DNA of 64,000 bases from contig CAVSGM010000001.1 in assembly GCA_963727485.1 (NCBI GenBank), positions 672,001 through 736,000 of the forward strand. The letters run 5' to 3'. The notes under the pieces were generated by a model. It did not search any database. It saw only the letters and a program-made list of their open reading frames with translations, and had not been told where the DNA came from. The DNA is from an uncultured delta proteobacterium. Lineage in GTDB: Bacteria > Myxococcota > Myxococcia > SLRQ01. Positions 39,677-49,583 of the stretch are shown in pieces; positions within the stretch are counted from its first letter, which is position 1; every line of letters begins with the position of its first letter. The position numbers were made by a program, and so were the translations under genes.

Positions 39677-41623
39677 TCACTTCCCCGTGGACTGATCGTA
39701 CTGCTGGAGGATCTGCTCGACCTTGGCGCGATCGGGCGCGTGGGGGTTCTTCTTGATGTACTCGCGGTAGTGGTAGGCGGCCTGGTCCATCTGGCCGACG
39801 CTGGCGTAGGCGACGCCGAGGAGGCGGTGCGCCGGCGCCATGCCCACCGGGTCGAGGGCCAGGGCCTTCTTCAGGTAGCTGATGGCCTGGCGGTACTTGT
39901 ACTTGAGGATGAGGGCGTAGCCCTGCTTGTAGTCCTGCTGGGCCTCGGCCTTCTTCCCCGGGGTCGGCTTGGCCTTGGCCGCGTGGGCGGCGTGGTTGGT
40001 GTGGCCGCGGTGGGCCCGGGCCTGGCGGGCGGCGGCGCGGCGCCGGGTCCGGGCGTCGGCCAAGGCCTTTCGCCGGGCGGCCTCCTGGCGGGCCTTGATC
40101 CGGGCGCGCTCGGTGGCGGCCGGGTGGGCGTAGACCGAGCTGTCGGGGATCTGGGCCAGGTCCTTGAGGGCGGCGTCGTAGTTCTCTTTTCCGGCGGCGG
40201 CGACGGCGTCGTCGAGGGTGGCCTTGGCCCGGGCCTCGGCGGCGGCGCGCTGGGCGCCGGAGAGGGCGGCGGCGTCGCCGGCGTGGGCGGCGAGGACCTC
40301 GCGGTAGGCGCGGCGGGCGCCGTCCCAGTCCCGCTGGTGCTCGGCCTTCTTCGCCTCGGCGAGGAGGGCCCGGGTGTTCACCGCCGGGGCGGTCCTGGTC
40401 GGGGGGGCCGCGGCGGCCTTGGCCGGGGTCCCCGCGGCGGGGGTGCCGGCCGCGCCGGCGGTCGACCCGGTGGCGGCGTGGGCCGGGTGGGCCGGGTGGG
40501 CGATGGCGAGGGGCTGGGGCCCGGTGGTGTCGGCGCCGGCGGGCTTGCCCGTGTTGCGGCCGAAGACCCACCACCCGCCGGTGCCCACGAGGGCGAGGAC
40601 CACGATGACCCCAATCCACAGAGGCGCCGAGGAGCGCTTCACCGCCGCCAGGTCGTCGTCGACGTCGGCGTAGGCGGCGGCCATCTCGTCGGTGAGCTCG
40701 AAGGGATCGCCGGGGTCGCAGAAGCGCAGCTTCACGTGCCCGAGCTGGAGCACGTCGCCGCCACGCAGGTCGCTGGCCCCGTAGGGCTCACCGTTGACCT
40801 TCACCCCGTTGGCCGAGCCCAGGTCGGCCACCTTCCAGGCGCCGGTCTTCTCCCGGTAGATCCGGCAGTGGGTCCGGGACATGGAGCGGTGGTCGATGGG
40901 GACCTCGTTGTCGCCGTCGCGACCCAGGGTCACGGCCGTGCGCTCGAGGGGGAAGCTCTGGCCGGCGTACTCGGTGGAGAGGACCACCAGCCGCGGCTGC
41001 GCCTCCGGGGGCACCGGCTGGGCCGGGGCCTCGCGGTTGAGGGCGTCGAGATCGACCCGGATGACCGCGGTGGCCTCGCGCCGGGGCGGCGGGGCTGCCG
41101 GCGGCGGGGGCTGGGCCGGAGCGGGGCTGGGGCGGGCCGCCGCCGCCGCGACGCCACCGGGGACCGCCGCGGCGCCGTTGGGCGGGGACGCCGCCGGGGG
41201 GGCATGGGTGGGCATCGGCGGGGGGCTCGCCGCGGCCTGGCCGGGCGGAGGCAACACGTCGTGCTCCTGGGTGGTCTCCGCGCGGGCGGGCGCGGCGTCG
41301 GCCGCCGGCTCGGTGGGCGGGTTGGCCAGCTCCCCGGCCTCCGCCTGCACCGCGAGGTTGTAGTCGCCGATCTCGATGAGATCGCCCTCGCGGATCTCGG
41401 AGCGCCCCTGGACCCGCCCACCGTTGACCTTCACCCCGTTGTAGGAGCCGAGGTCCTCGATGAACACGTGGCTGCCCCCGCGGACGAGCCGGGCGTGGCG
41501 GCGAGAGACGTTCCGCTCGGTCAGGCGGATGGTGTTGCCTTCCTTCCGACCGATGGAGATCTCGTCGCGAACGAAGGGGACTACGGTCTTGCGTCCCTCG
41601 TCGTCCTCGATGATGAGCTTCAT
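39677..41623 (-). CDS. Double-FHA, single-TM, periplasmic TPR protein
   Basis: Two FHA domains (IGR..SRRHA..SYNG; LGR..SRTHC..SANG), Pro/Ala linker, TM segment, TPR helices. Confidence 0.88.
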   Translation of the reverse strand: MKLIIEDDEGRKTVVPFVRDEISIGRKEGNTIRLTERNVSRRHARLVRGGSHVFIEDLGSYNGVKVNGGRVQGRSEIREGDLIEIGDYNLAVQAEAGELANPPTEPAADAAPARAETTQEHDVLPPPGQAAASPPPMPTHAPPAASPPNGAAAVPGGVAAAAARPSPAPAQPPPPAAPPPRREATAVIRVDLDALNREAPAQPVPPEAQPRLVVLSTEYAGQSFPLERTAVTLGRDGDNEVPIDHRSMSRTHCRIYREKTGAWKVADLGSANGVKVNGEPYGASDLRGGDVLQLGHVKLRFCDPGDPFELTDEMAAAYADVDDDLAAVKRSSAPLWIGVIVVLALVGTGGWWVFGRNTGKPAGADTTGPQPLAIAHPAHPAHAATGSTAGAAGTPAAGTPAKAAAAPPTRTAPAVNTRALLAEAKKAEHQRDWDGARRAYREVLAAHAGDAAALSGAQRAAAEARAKATLDDAVAAAGKENYDAALKDLAQIPDSSVYAHPAATERARIKARQEAARRKALADARTRRRAAARQARAHRGHTNHAAHAAKAKPTPGKKAEAQQDYKQGYALILKYKYRQAISYLKKALALDPVGMAPAHRLLGVAYASVGQMDQAAYHYREYIKKNPHAPDRAKVEQILQQYDQSTGK

Positions 41624-41794
41624 CCGTGCTCCTGGATCGCCCGCGGGCAGGACACCGTGGAGGGGCGTAAGTCCTGGAATCGACCAAACATTTCTAGCAT
41701 GGGCCTCCGTGGCGGTTCAACCGCGGTGCCGGACCGTCCCGTCGGCCCGTCCCCGACACCTCCCGCCAGGACCCCGCATTATACTTGAAGGCCG

Positions 41795-43591
41795 ATGCTG
41801 AGGATCCGCACCACCGCCGGCGAGGAGACCCTGGACCTGGCCGAGTTCGAGCGTCGGGTGCTCGCGGGGGAGATCCCCCCGGAGACCCCGGTGCGCTTCC
41901 CGGTGATCACCGGCGACCGCTTCGTGCCCGCCCGGGAGCTCGAGATGTTCCGGGGCCTCTACCGCCCCGACCGCATCTACTTCACCCGCTACTTCAACCT
42001 CTCACGCTTCCCCTGGATCACCACCGCGGTGGTGGCGGCCAACGTGGCGGTCTACCTGGCCATGGTGGTCACCATGCACGCCGAGGTGGGGCAGGGCGAC
42101 ATCACCGGGTGGATGGTCCGCTTCGGGGCCAAGGCCACGCCCCTGATCCGCGACCTGGGCCAGAGCTGGCGCTTCCTCACCGCCAACTTCGTCCACAAGG
42201 ACCTCCTGCACATCGGCTTCAACCTCTTCGTCCTGTTCAACATCGGCGGGGCCCTGGAGAACGCCTTCCGGCCGCTGGACTACCTGGCGATCCTCCTCGC
42301 CTCGGCGCTGGGGACCACCCTGGTGTCGTTCCTGGGCACCGACGCCATCAGCGCCGGGTCGAGCGGCATCGTGTTCGGGTGCCTCGGGGGCGCGGTGGCC
42401 TTTGGCTTCAAGTACCGGGACATCATCCCCCCGCGGTACCGGCGCTTCTTCGGCGGCTCGGTGATGCCCTACGTCCTGGTCTTCCTCTGGATTGGGTGGA
42501 TGTCCACGGGGATCGACAACTGGGGCCACCTCGGGGGGCTCCTCGGGGGCACCGCCATGACCCTGCTCCTGCGCCCGCGGCTCCTCGACCACCGGGGGGA
42601 CCGGCCCCGGTACCGGGCGTGGGAGGCCCTGGCCCTCGCCGGGGTGGTGGCGGGGGTGGTCGGCGCCGGGCCGGTGTGGTCGCACACGGTGACGGCGCTG
42701 GGCCACGAGACCGACGACGCCATGGGCCTCGAGCTCGCCTACCCCACCGACTGGCACCGGGCGATCACCGACCTGGGGCAGCTCGGCTTCTCCAACGGGC
42801 TCCCCGAGCCCACCAGCCTCCAGGTCTTCTCCGAGCGGCGGAAGGCGCCGGTGGACCTGGCCCGCCTCGCCGACGCCTGGTTCGACACCCAGCTCGACAG
42901 CCTGGAGCACGTGGGGCGGGTGCGGCGGGTGCGCCGGGAGCCCGGGGCGGTGCTGGAGATCGCCGGGCGGCGCGGACGATCGTTCCACGCCGCCTTCGAG
43001 ACCACCGGGACCGGCGGCCGGGGGGTGGGCTACGTCCTCCACTTGGTGGTGTTCAGTCGCGGGGAGGAGGCCTACACGGTGGTGCTCCTCTCGCCGCGCC
43101 GGCGCTACGCTGCCTACCGGCCGCTCTTCCGGCGCATCCTCCGGGGGATCAGGCTGCGGGAGCCGCGCTTCCTCCGGCAGGCCCGGGCGGCGACGCTCCT
43201 CTGGCCCCAGGATCCCTCGACCCGCCTCGCCCTCGGCGACGCCCTGCTGCGCCTCGGGGACCCGGCCGGGGCCGAGGCCGCCTGGCGCGAGGCGGCGAAG
43301 CTGGCGCCCGCCGACCCGGCGCCGCTCCTGCGCCTGGGCCACCTCCTCCTCGGGGAGCCCAGGCGCCGGGGCGAGGGGCGGGCCCTGGTGGAGCACCTGG
43401 TGACCCGGCGCCCGGAGGCCGCGGCGCCCCGGGAGCTCCTCGCCGACTACCGGCTGGAGGTCGGGGACGTGGCCGGGGCCCTCACCGCCCTGAAGGCCGC
43501 CGCCGAGCGGGACCCCGGGGACGGGCGCCTGGCCGAGCGGATCCGCGACCTCGAGGACGGGGACCCGGCGGCGAAGGCCGACGACCCCTGA
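41795..43591 (+). CDS. Rhomboid intramembrane serine protease with C-terminal TPR
   Basis: WRFLTANFVH, HIGFN, AGSSG, GHLGG. Confidence 0.9.
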   Translation: MLRIRTTAGEETLDLAEFERRVLAGEIPPETPVRFPVITGDRFVPARELEMFRGLYRPDRIYFTRYFNLSRFPWITTAVVAANVAVYLAMVVTMHAEVGQGDITGWMVRFGAKATPLIRDLGQSWRFLTANFVHKDLLHIGFNLFVLFNIGGALENAFRPLDYLAILLASALGTTLVSFLGTDAISAGSSGIVFGCLGGAVAFGFKYRDIIPPRYRRFFGGSVMPYVLVFLWIGWMSTGIDNWGHLGGLLGGTAMTLLLRPRLLDHRGDRPRYRAWEALALAGVVAGVVGAGPVWSHTVTALGHETDDAMGLELAYPTDWHRAITDLGQLGFSNGLPEPTSLQVFSERRKAPVDLARLADAWFDTQLDSLEHVGRVRRVRREPGAVLEIAGRRGRSFHAAFETTGTGGRGVGYVLHLVVFSRGEEAYTVVLLSPRRRYAAYRPLFRRILRGIRLREPRFLRQARAATLLWPQDPSTRLALGDALLRLGDPAGAEAAWREAAKLAPADPAPLLRLGHLLLGEPRRRGEGRALVEHLVTRRPEAAAPRELLADYRLEVGDVAGALTALKAAAERDPGDGRLAERIRDLEDGDPAAKADDP

Positions 43592-43639
43592 CCGGCGGCT
43601 GGCCGGCGTCCCCGGCGCGTCCCTGGTATCGTCCGCGCC

Positions 43640-44434
43640 ATGTCCGCCACCGACCCCGTGACCCTCCAGGTCCTCGACCCCGGCGTGGGCCTGGTCACCC
43701 TCAACCGCCCCGACGCCAGAAACGCCCTGGACCCCGAGGGGTGGGCCTGCCTCGCCGACCGCCTCGAGGCCGCGGCGGCGGATCCGGCGGTGCGGGTGGT
43801 GGTGCTCACCGGCGCCGGGAAGGCCTTCAGCGCCGGGGGCGACGTCCGCTCGATGCCCGAGCGCCTGGCGATGTCGCCCGCGGCGCGGCGAGCGGCGCTG
43901 CTCCGGGACGCGAAGGCCATCCGCCTCCTGGTGGAGATGGACACGCCCACGGTGGCCGCGGTGAACGGGGCGGCGGTGGGGGCCGGGCTCTCGCTCGCCT
44001 GCGCCTGCGACCTGCGGCTGGCCTCCGACCTCGCCCGCTTCGGCGCCGGCTTCGTGAAGGTGGGCCTCGCCTCGGACTTCGGCGCCGCCTGGCTCCTGCC
44101 CCGGATTGTGGGCCGGGCCCGGGCCCTCGAGCTCTGCCTCACCGGGGAGCTGGTGGACGCCGCCGCGGCGCTGGCCATGGGCCTGGTGAACCGGGTGCTC
44201 CCCCAGGACCGCTTCGCCCGAGAGGCCCTGGGGCTCGCCGCCGGGATCGCCTCCGGGGCGCCGCTCGCCCTGGCGCTGACCAAGCGCACCATCCTCCGGG
44301 CCGCCGAGATCGACCTGGAGACCGCCCTCGAGTACGAGGCGATGGGGCAGGCCCTGGCGTCGAAGACCGCCGACGCCGCCGAGGGGGTCGCGGCCTTCGC
44401 CGGGAAGCGGCCCCCGGCGTTCAAGGGCGAGTAG
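43640..44434 (+). CDS. Enoyl-CoA hydratase/isomerase
   Basis: LNRPDARNA, FSAGGD, VNGAAVGAG, GLASDFG. Confidence 0.92.
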   Translation: MSATDPVTLQVLDPGVGLVTLNRPDARNALDPEGWACLADRLEAAAADPAVRVVVLTGAGKAFSAGGDVRSMPERLAMSPAARRAALLRDAKAIRLLVEMDTPTVAAVNGAAVGAGLSLACACDLRLASDLARFGAGFVKVGLASDFGAAWLLPRIVGRARALELCLTGELVDAAAALAMGLVNRVLPQDRFAREALGLAAGIASGAPLALALTKRTILRAAEIDLETALEYEAMGQALASKTADAAEGVAAFAGKRPPAFKGE

Positions 44435-44465
44435 CCCGAGGGCCGGGGCGGCGCGCGCCCGGGCG

Positions 44466-45458
44466 CTAGTGGCAGAGGCCGGTGTTGGGGTCGCAGGTCT
44501 GGCCCTGCCCGCAGACCTGGGCCTGGTCGCACCGGGGGACGCAGGCGCCGCCCTGGTTGGGGCCGAGGGGCTGGCAGACGTAGTCCGGGCGGCCGCAGTC
44601 GCCGCTGGCGTTGCAGTCCTGGAAGCACACGTGCTGACCGTTGACCGGGATGCAGCTCGACCCGCTGGCGCAGGGGTGCTGGTCGCAGTTGTAGGTGGCG
44701 CAGTAGCCCCCGGGCCACTGGGTGAGGCAGAGGGCGGGGGTCCCGGCGCACTGGTCGGGGGCGGTGCAGGGGCCGCCCACGGCGGTGCTCCCGCCACCCT
44801 GGGCCGGGAGGCACACCGGGGTCCCGGCGAAGCCCGAGCAGGTGTAGCCGGGGCGGCAGTCGGCGTCGACCTGGCAGGCCTGGAGGCAGAACCGGTTGCC
44901 CTGGCCGCTGACGCAGGCGCTCCCCTGGGGGCAGGTGCCGTTGCCGCAGCCGGGGACGAGGCAGTAGCCCCCGGGGAACTGGGTGAGGCACGCGGCGCCG
45001 GGATCGGTGCAGTCGGAGGTGGCCTGGCACGACGCGCCCACGGCCCCTGGGGCCGGGCCGCCGCTGCCGCCGTCGGCGCTCCCGCCGCCGTCCGGGGAGC
45101 CGCCGTCCGGGGAGCCGCCGTCGAAGGGCGGCGGGCCGGCGTCGCCGGGGCCGCCGTCGGTCAGGTTGGGCCCGCCGTCGGTCAGGTTGGGCCCGCCGTC
45201 GTTCACGTTGGGCCCGCCGTCCGTGACGTTGGGCCCGCCGTCGCTCTGGTTCGGACCGCCGTCGTTCACGTTGGGCCCGCCGTCGACCTGGTCGGGCCAC
45301 GCGCAGGTGCCGTTCACGCAGATCCGGTCGCCCTTGCACTGGGTGTCGCTGGTGCAGCCGCCCGGCGGCTGGAGCTCGAGGGGGCTCAAGGGGCCGCAGG
45401 CCTGGAGGGCCAGGGCGGTAGCGGCGGTGGCGACGAGGGTGAGGGCGAGGCGGCGCAT
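44466..45458 (-). CDS. Cys-rich lipoprotein with DGGPNxx heptad repeats
   Basis: Lipobox LQAC; CTSDTQCKGDRIC; duplicated CLTQ(F/W)PGGYC modules. Confidence 0.8.
   Translation of the reverse strand: MRRLALTLVATAATALALQACGPLSPLELQPPGGCTSDTQCKGDRICVNGTCAWPDQVDGGPNVNDGGPNQSDGGPNVTDGGPNVNDGGPNLTDGGPNLTDGGPGDAGPPPFDGGSPDGGSPDGGGSADGGSGGPAPGAVGASCQATSDCTDPGAACLTQFPGGYCLVPGCGNGTCPQGSACVSGQGNRFCLQACQVDADCRPGYTCSGFAGTPVCLPAQGGGSTAVGGPCTAPDQCAGTPALCLTQWPGGYCATYNCDQHPCASGSSCIPVNGQHVCFQDCNASGDCGRPDYVCQPLGPNQGGACVPRCDQAQVCGQGQTCDPNTGLCH
45147..45284 (-). repeat. 21-bp coding tandem repeat, about 6.5 copies
   Basis: DGGPNVN DGGPNQS DGGPNVT DGGPNVN DGGPNLT DGGPNLT DGGP. Confidence 0.9.
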
Positions 45459-45611
45459 GGCCGATCGATGGTAGCACGCGGCCGGGCGCGCGTCGGGTTC
45501 CCGGGCGTGGCCGCCCGTGTCGGGTCGACGGCGAGATGCGCCTCCGGAAACGTCTGCCGATCCATGGACGTGGCGCGCACGGGGGTGGCCCGCGCCGCCG
45601 GCCGCCGCCAC

Positions 45612-46412
45612 CTACCCCAGCGCCCGCAGGTACTCGCGCACCTCGCCGACCTCCCGGAACCCCAGCCCACGGTAGAGGTGTCGCGGCGTGTCGTCCCGGT
45701 CGGTCAACAGGCTCACCCACGGCGCCCCGCGCGCGAGCCCCCGGCGCACCACCTCGCGCACCAGGCTCGAGGCCACCCCCCGGTGGCGCAGCCGCGGCAC
45801 GGTGGCCAGGGACTGGAGCGAGGCCCCGCCCTCGGCCAGCAGGAGCCCCACGGCCCCGGCGGGCTCCCCGTCGAGGAAGGCGCAGAGCCAGGTGAGGTCG
45901 AGGGTCGCCGCCTGGAGGTCCTCCCAGGCGTCGAGGGCCCGGCTCACCTCCGGGGCGTACCAGCTCGACTCCCGGCGCACGGCGTCCCGGACCCGGGCCA
46001 TGGCGCCGCGATCCCGGCGGGTGCGCACGGCGCGGACCACCACCTCGCCCCGGGTGGGGGCCGGCGGGGGCACCCGGCGGGTGGCGAGGGTGACGTAGAC
46101 GCGCTCGCCGAGGCCGAGGCGCCGCAGGGCCGCCCCGGTGGTGGCGAACTGCCCGGCGTCGTCGACCAGGAGCTTCACGTGGCCGCAGCCGGCGGTCCGG
46201 AGCACCCGGGTGCTGGCGTCGACCAGGGCCCGGACGTCCGGGGGATCGTGGATGTGGGCCACGAACGACGCGTCCCAGACCTCGGGGAGCTGGGGGTGGA
46301 TGACCGCCTTCCCCCCGGGGACGGGAATCCACCGGGCGCCGGCCACGAAGGACTGGACCTCGGTGGTCCAGACGTCTCGGGCGAGACGGGAGGTTCGCAG
46401 GGAGAGCGCCAC
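45612..46412 (-). CDS. GNAT family acetyltransferase
   Basis: LATVPRLRHRGVAS, LYRGLGF; GTG 46412 lies 6 nt after a TAACCT -10 box. Confidence 0.85.
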   Translation of the reverse strand: MALSLRTSRLARDVWTTEVQSFVAGARWIPVPGGKAVIHPQLPEVWDASFVAHIHDPPDVRALVDASTRVLRTAGCGHVKLLVDDAGQFATTGAALRRLGLGERVYVTLATRRVPPPAPTRGEVVVRAVRTRRDRGAMARVRDAVRRESSWYAPEVSRALDAWEDLQAATLDLTWLCAFLDGEPAGAVGLLLAEGGASLQSLATVPRLRHRGVASSLVREVVRRGLARGAPWVSLLTDRDDTPRHLYRGLGFREVGEVREYLRALG

Positions 46413-46505
46413 CCCCACAGGTTAGCCTCCGGCCCCCGCCGGGGACAGGGGGCCCCGGAAGGTTTGACCCGCCCCGGTACCCGGGGGCAGAATCGCGGCC
46501 CTTCC

Positions 46506-48383
46506 ATGGCCAAGAAGCGCGGCAAGGCTCGCCCGGAGCCCACTCCCGAGACCGAGCGCCCCGACCCCGACCCGGTGGACCCCACCGGCGACGAGCCCGC
46601 GGCGCCGTCCATGTCCGAGGTCTTCCTCCCCAAGGCCCTCCGCGAGAGCCGGGCCATGAAGTGGTGGAAGTCACTCCCGGTGGAGCGCCGGCAGCTCCTG
46701 CTGGTCATCGGGATCGCCGCCGCCATCTTCGTGCCGTTCCTCGGCTCCGTCGGCCTCTGGGATCCCTGGGAGACCCACTACGCCGAGGTCGCCCGGTCCA
46801 TGGTCGTCCGCGGCGACTACATCCACCCCTACTGGGAGTGGGCGTACTTCTTCTCCAAGCCGGTGCTCTCGATGTGGCTGATGGCCATCGGGATGCGCCT
46901 CGTCCACTCGATGCACACGCCCGGCGGGCCCCTGTCCATCTACACCGAGTGGGCGGTGCGGATGCCGTTTGCCCTGCTGGCCATCTGGGGCGCGGTGGCG
47001 GTGTACCTGGCGGCGGCACGGATCTGGACCCGGCGGGTGGGGCTCATCGCCGCGTTCGCCCTGTCGACCATGCCCTTCTACTTCCTCATCGCCCGGCAGG
47101 CGATGACGGACATGCCGCTGGTCTCGCTGATGAGCGGCGCCCTGGCGTGCTTCATGATCGCGGTGTTCACCCGCGAGGATCACGACGCGGCGCCGAGGGT
47201 CCCCTGGCTCTACGCCTTCTACATCCTCATGGGCTTCGCCACCCTGGCCAAGGGGCTGCTCGGCTTCATGCTCCCCGGGGCGATCATCCTCGCCTTCCTG
47301 GTGGTCAGCGGCGAGTGGCACCTCCTCAAGAAGCTGCGCATCCCCACCGGGATCCTGGTCTTCCTCGGCGTCGCCGCCCCCTGGTACACGGCGATGACCC
47401 TCTTCGACGGGAAGGACTGGGAGTTCAAGACCTGGTTCCAGCGCTTCATCATCCACGACCACTTCGACCGCATCGCCGAGGGGGTCCACACCACCACCCC
47501 CAACACCAGCTTCGTCTACTTCGTGCGGGAGCTGGGCTTCGGGATGTTCCCCTGGGTGGCGGCGGTGCCCGGGGCCCTGGGGCTGATCTCGAGGCCCAAG
47601 ACCGCCCGGTCCAAGGCCCTGCCCGACCAGGCGAAGATCTTCGTCCTGCTGTGGCTGCTGGTGGCCTTCATCCTCTTCACCCTCGGCGCCACCAAGTTCC
47701 ACCACTACGCCTTCCCCATGGTGCCGCCGCTGGCGATCCTCTGCGCCCTCTACCTGGACACGCTCTGGGAGGAGGGACCGGACAGGAACCTGGTGCTGCT
47801 GCTGCTCGGCCTGGTGCTCTACATCGTGGTGGCCCAGAACCTGGTCCTCGAGCCCAAGCACCTGGTCAACCTCTACGTCTACAAGTACGACCGCCTCTAC
47901 CCCAGTCGCGAGGTCGACCCGAGGGCGCTGTTCGCCACGGCGTTCTCGGTGGCGGGGCTGATGCTCTTCGCCGGGTTCCTCTGGCGCAGCCGCCGGATCC
48001 TCTTCGGGACCTTCTTCGGGCTGGCGGCGGCGTTCGCGATCTACACCAGCTGGGTCCACTGGGTGGCGCTCTCGCCCCACTGGAGCCAGCGCGACATCTT
48101 CTGGACCTACTACCACGACCGCAAGGACCACGAGCCCATCGCCGCCTACTACATGAACTGGCGCGGCGAGACCTTCTACAGCCAGAACACGGTCCACCAG
48201 ATCAAGGACCCGGCGACCCTGCGCAAGTTCGTGGAGCGGCCCGGATCCGAGTACGTCGTGGTCGAGCGCCACCGCTACGAGGGGATGCGCTCGGTCCTCG
48301 GCTTCCACTACCGGTGCCACATCCTCGACCGGTCGAACAACAAGTTCTACCTGGTCCGGGTCGATCCGGCGCCACCGCGCTGA
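46506..48383 (+). CDS. ArnT/PMT-like GT-C glycosyltransferase
   Basis: LWDPWETHYAEVARSM, FSKP, ARQAMTD, LAKG, TKFHHY; many TM helices. Confidence 0.88.
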   Translation: MAKKRGKARPEPTPETERPDPDPVDPTGDEPAAPSMSEVFLPKALRESRAMKWWKSLPVERRQLLLVIGIAAAIFVPFLGSVGLWDPWETHYAEVARSMVVRGDYIHPYWEWAYFFSKPVLSMWLMAIGMRLVHSMHTPGGPLSIYTEWAVRMPFALLAIWGAVAVYLAAARIWTRRVGLIAAFALSTMPFYFLIARQAMTDMPLVSLMSGALACFMIAVFTREDHDAAPRVPWLYAFYILMGFATLAKGLLGFMLPGAIILAFLVVSGEWHLLKKLRIPTGILVFLGVAAPWYTAMTLFDGKDWEFKTWFQRFIIHDHFDRIAEGVHTTTPNTSFVYFVRELGFGMFPWVAAVPGALGLISRPKTARSKALPDQAKIFVLLWLLVAFILFTLGATKFHHYAFPMVPPLAILCALYLDTLWEEGPDRNLVLLLLGLVLYIVVAQNLVLEPKHLVNLYVYKYDRLYPSREVDPRALFATAFSVAGLMLFAGFLWRSRRILFGTFFGLAAAFAIYTSWVHWVALSPHWSQRDIFWTYYHDRKDHEPIAAYYMNWRGETFYSQNTVHQIKDPATLRKFVERPGSEYVVVERHRYEGMRSVLGFHYRCHILDRSNNKFYLVRVDPAPPR

Positions 48384-48476
48384 CGGGTCCGGGGACCGCG
48401 CGCGAACTTGCCGGCCCCCGGGCCTCATGCCATCCTCGCCCCATCGCGCCTACGACGTCACTCCCTGGAGCATCCC

Positions 48477-48917
48477 TTGAGCGCGCAGTCTGAGGCGGCC
48501 GGTGTGTTTCGCGTCCTCGTGGTCGAGGACAATCCGCACGTCTCCGAGATCTTCCGCTACGCCTTCAAGCGGATCGTCTTCGAGCGCCTCGGCCGAGCTG
48601 TCGAGGTCCGGGTCGAGGAGGCCGGCGACGGCCACGTGGCCTGGCAGCGCCTCCAGGACGCGGCGGCCCACGGGGTCGGCTTCGATCTGGTGGTCCTCGA
48701 CCTGATGCTCCCGGTGCTCGACGGCGCCGAGGTGCTCAGCCGGATGCGCCAGGACGAGGCGTGCTGCAAGGTGCCGGTGCTGGTCATCACCGCGGGCGAT
48801 GGTGAGACCGTGGCCCGGGCGAAGGCCGCCGGGGCCGACGCGGTGCTGCGCAAGCCGGTGCAGTTCAAGGAGATCCGGGAGGTCGTGGCCCGGGTGGTGC
48901 CGGCGGAGCGGGGGTAG
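48477..48917 (+). CDS. Single-domain response regulator
   Basis: VLVVEDN, LDLMLP, KP; TTG start after GGAG. Confidence 0.85.
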   Translation: MSAQSEAAGVFRVLVVEDNPHVSEIFRYAFKRIVFERLGRAVEVRVEEAGDGHVAWQRLQDAAAHGVGFDLVVLDLMLPVLDGAEVLSRMRQDEACCKVPVLVITAGDGETVARAKAAGADAVLRKPVQFKEIREVVARVVPAERG

Positions 48918-49500
48918 CCGGCGCCGGCTGCCGGCGGGCGTGAGCGCGGCATGATACCGGCGCCGAGTGGCGCAGGGCCGGCAGCCGGAGAACGGATCCG
49001 CGTCGCTGGGCGCCGGCATCATGCAGCCGGCCCGCCCGTGCCGGGTCGCCGGCGAGGTCCGCCGGATCGGGATCCGCCGGCGGAACGCGACGCGCGGAGC
49101 GTGTCCCGACACCGTATGGGCCGGCGCCGGCTGCCGGCGGGCGTGAACCCGGCGTGATGCCGGCGCCGAGTGGCGCAGGGCCGGCAGCCGGAGAACGGAT
49201 CCGCGTCGCTGGGCGCCGGCATCATGCAGCCGGCCCGCCCGTGCCGGGTCGCCGGCGAGGTCCGCCGGATCGAGGTCCGCCGGCGGAACGCGACGCGCGG
49301 AGCGTGTCCCGACACCGTATGGGCCGGCGCCGGCTGCCGGCGGGCGTGAACGCGGCATGATACCGGCGCCGAGTGGCGCAGGGCCGGCAGCCGGAGAACG
49401 GATCCGCGTCGCTGGGCGCCGGCATCATGCAGCCGGCCCGCCCGTGCCGGGTCGCCGGCGAGGTCCGCCGGATCGAGGTCCGCCGGATCGAGATCCGCCG
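48918..49500. repeat. Intergenic tandem array of about 2.9 x 203-bp structured units
   Basis: Units start at 48918, 49121 and 49324; units 1 and 2 differ at 6 positions; each holds a 25-bp imperfect inverted repeat. Confidence 0.95.
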
Positions 49501-49516
49501 CGCCGCCCAACCAAGA

Positions 49517-49556
49517 GAAGCGGCAGCGACCCTCACGGGCGCCGCTGCCGTCTTTC
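49517..49556. terminator. Hairpin, candidate terminator between convergent genes
   Basis: cggcagcg...cgctgccg stem followed by tcttt. Confidence 0.45.
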
Positions 49557-49583
49557 GGAGCCTGCTGGGCGCCTCGCGACCGG

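Noticed and set aside
48951..49360. Overlapping 68-aa ORFs in each 203-bp repeat
   Set aside because: No RBS, low-complexity Arg/Pro/Gly sequence and no codon bias. They are better explained as by-products of a structured repeat.
48918..49500. CRISPR or guide-RNA array interpretation
   Set aside because: Units are 203 bp and nearly identical throughout, with no unique spacers and no cas or nuclease gene nearby.
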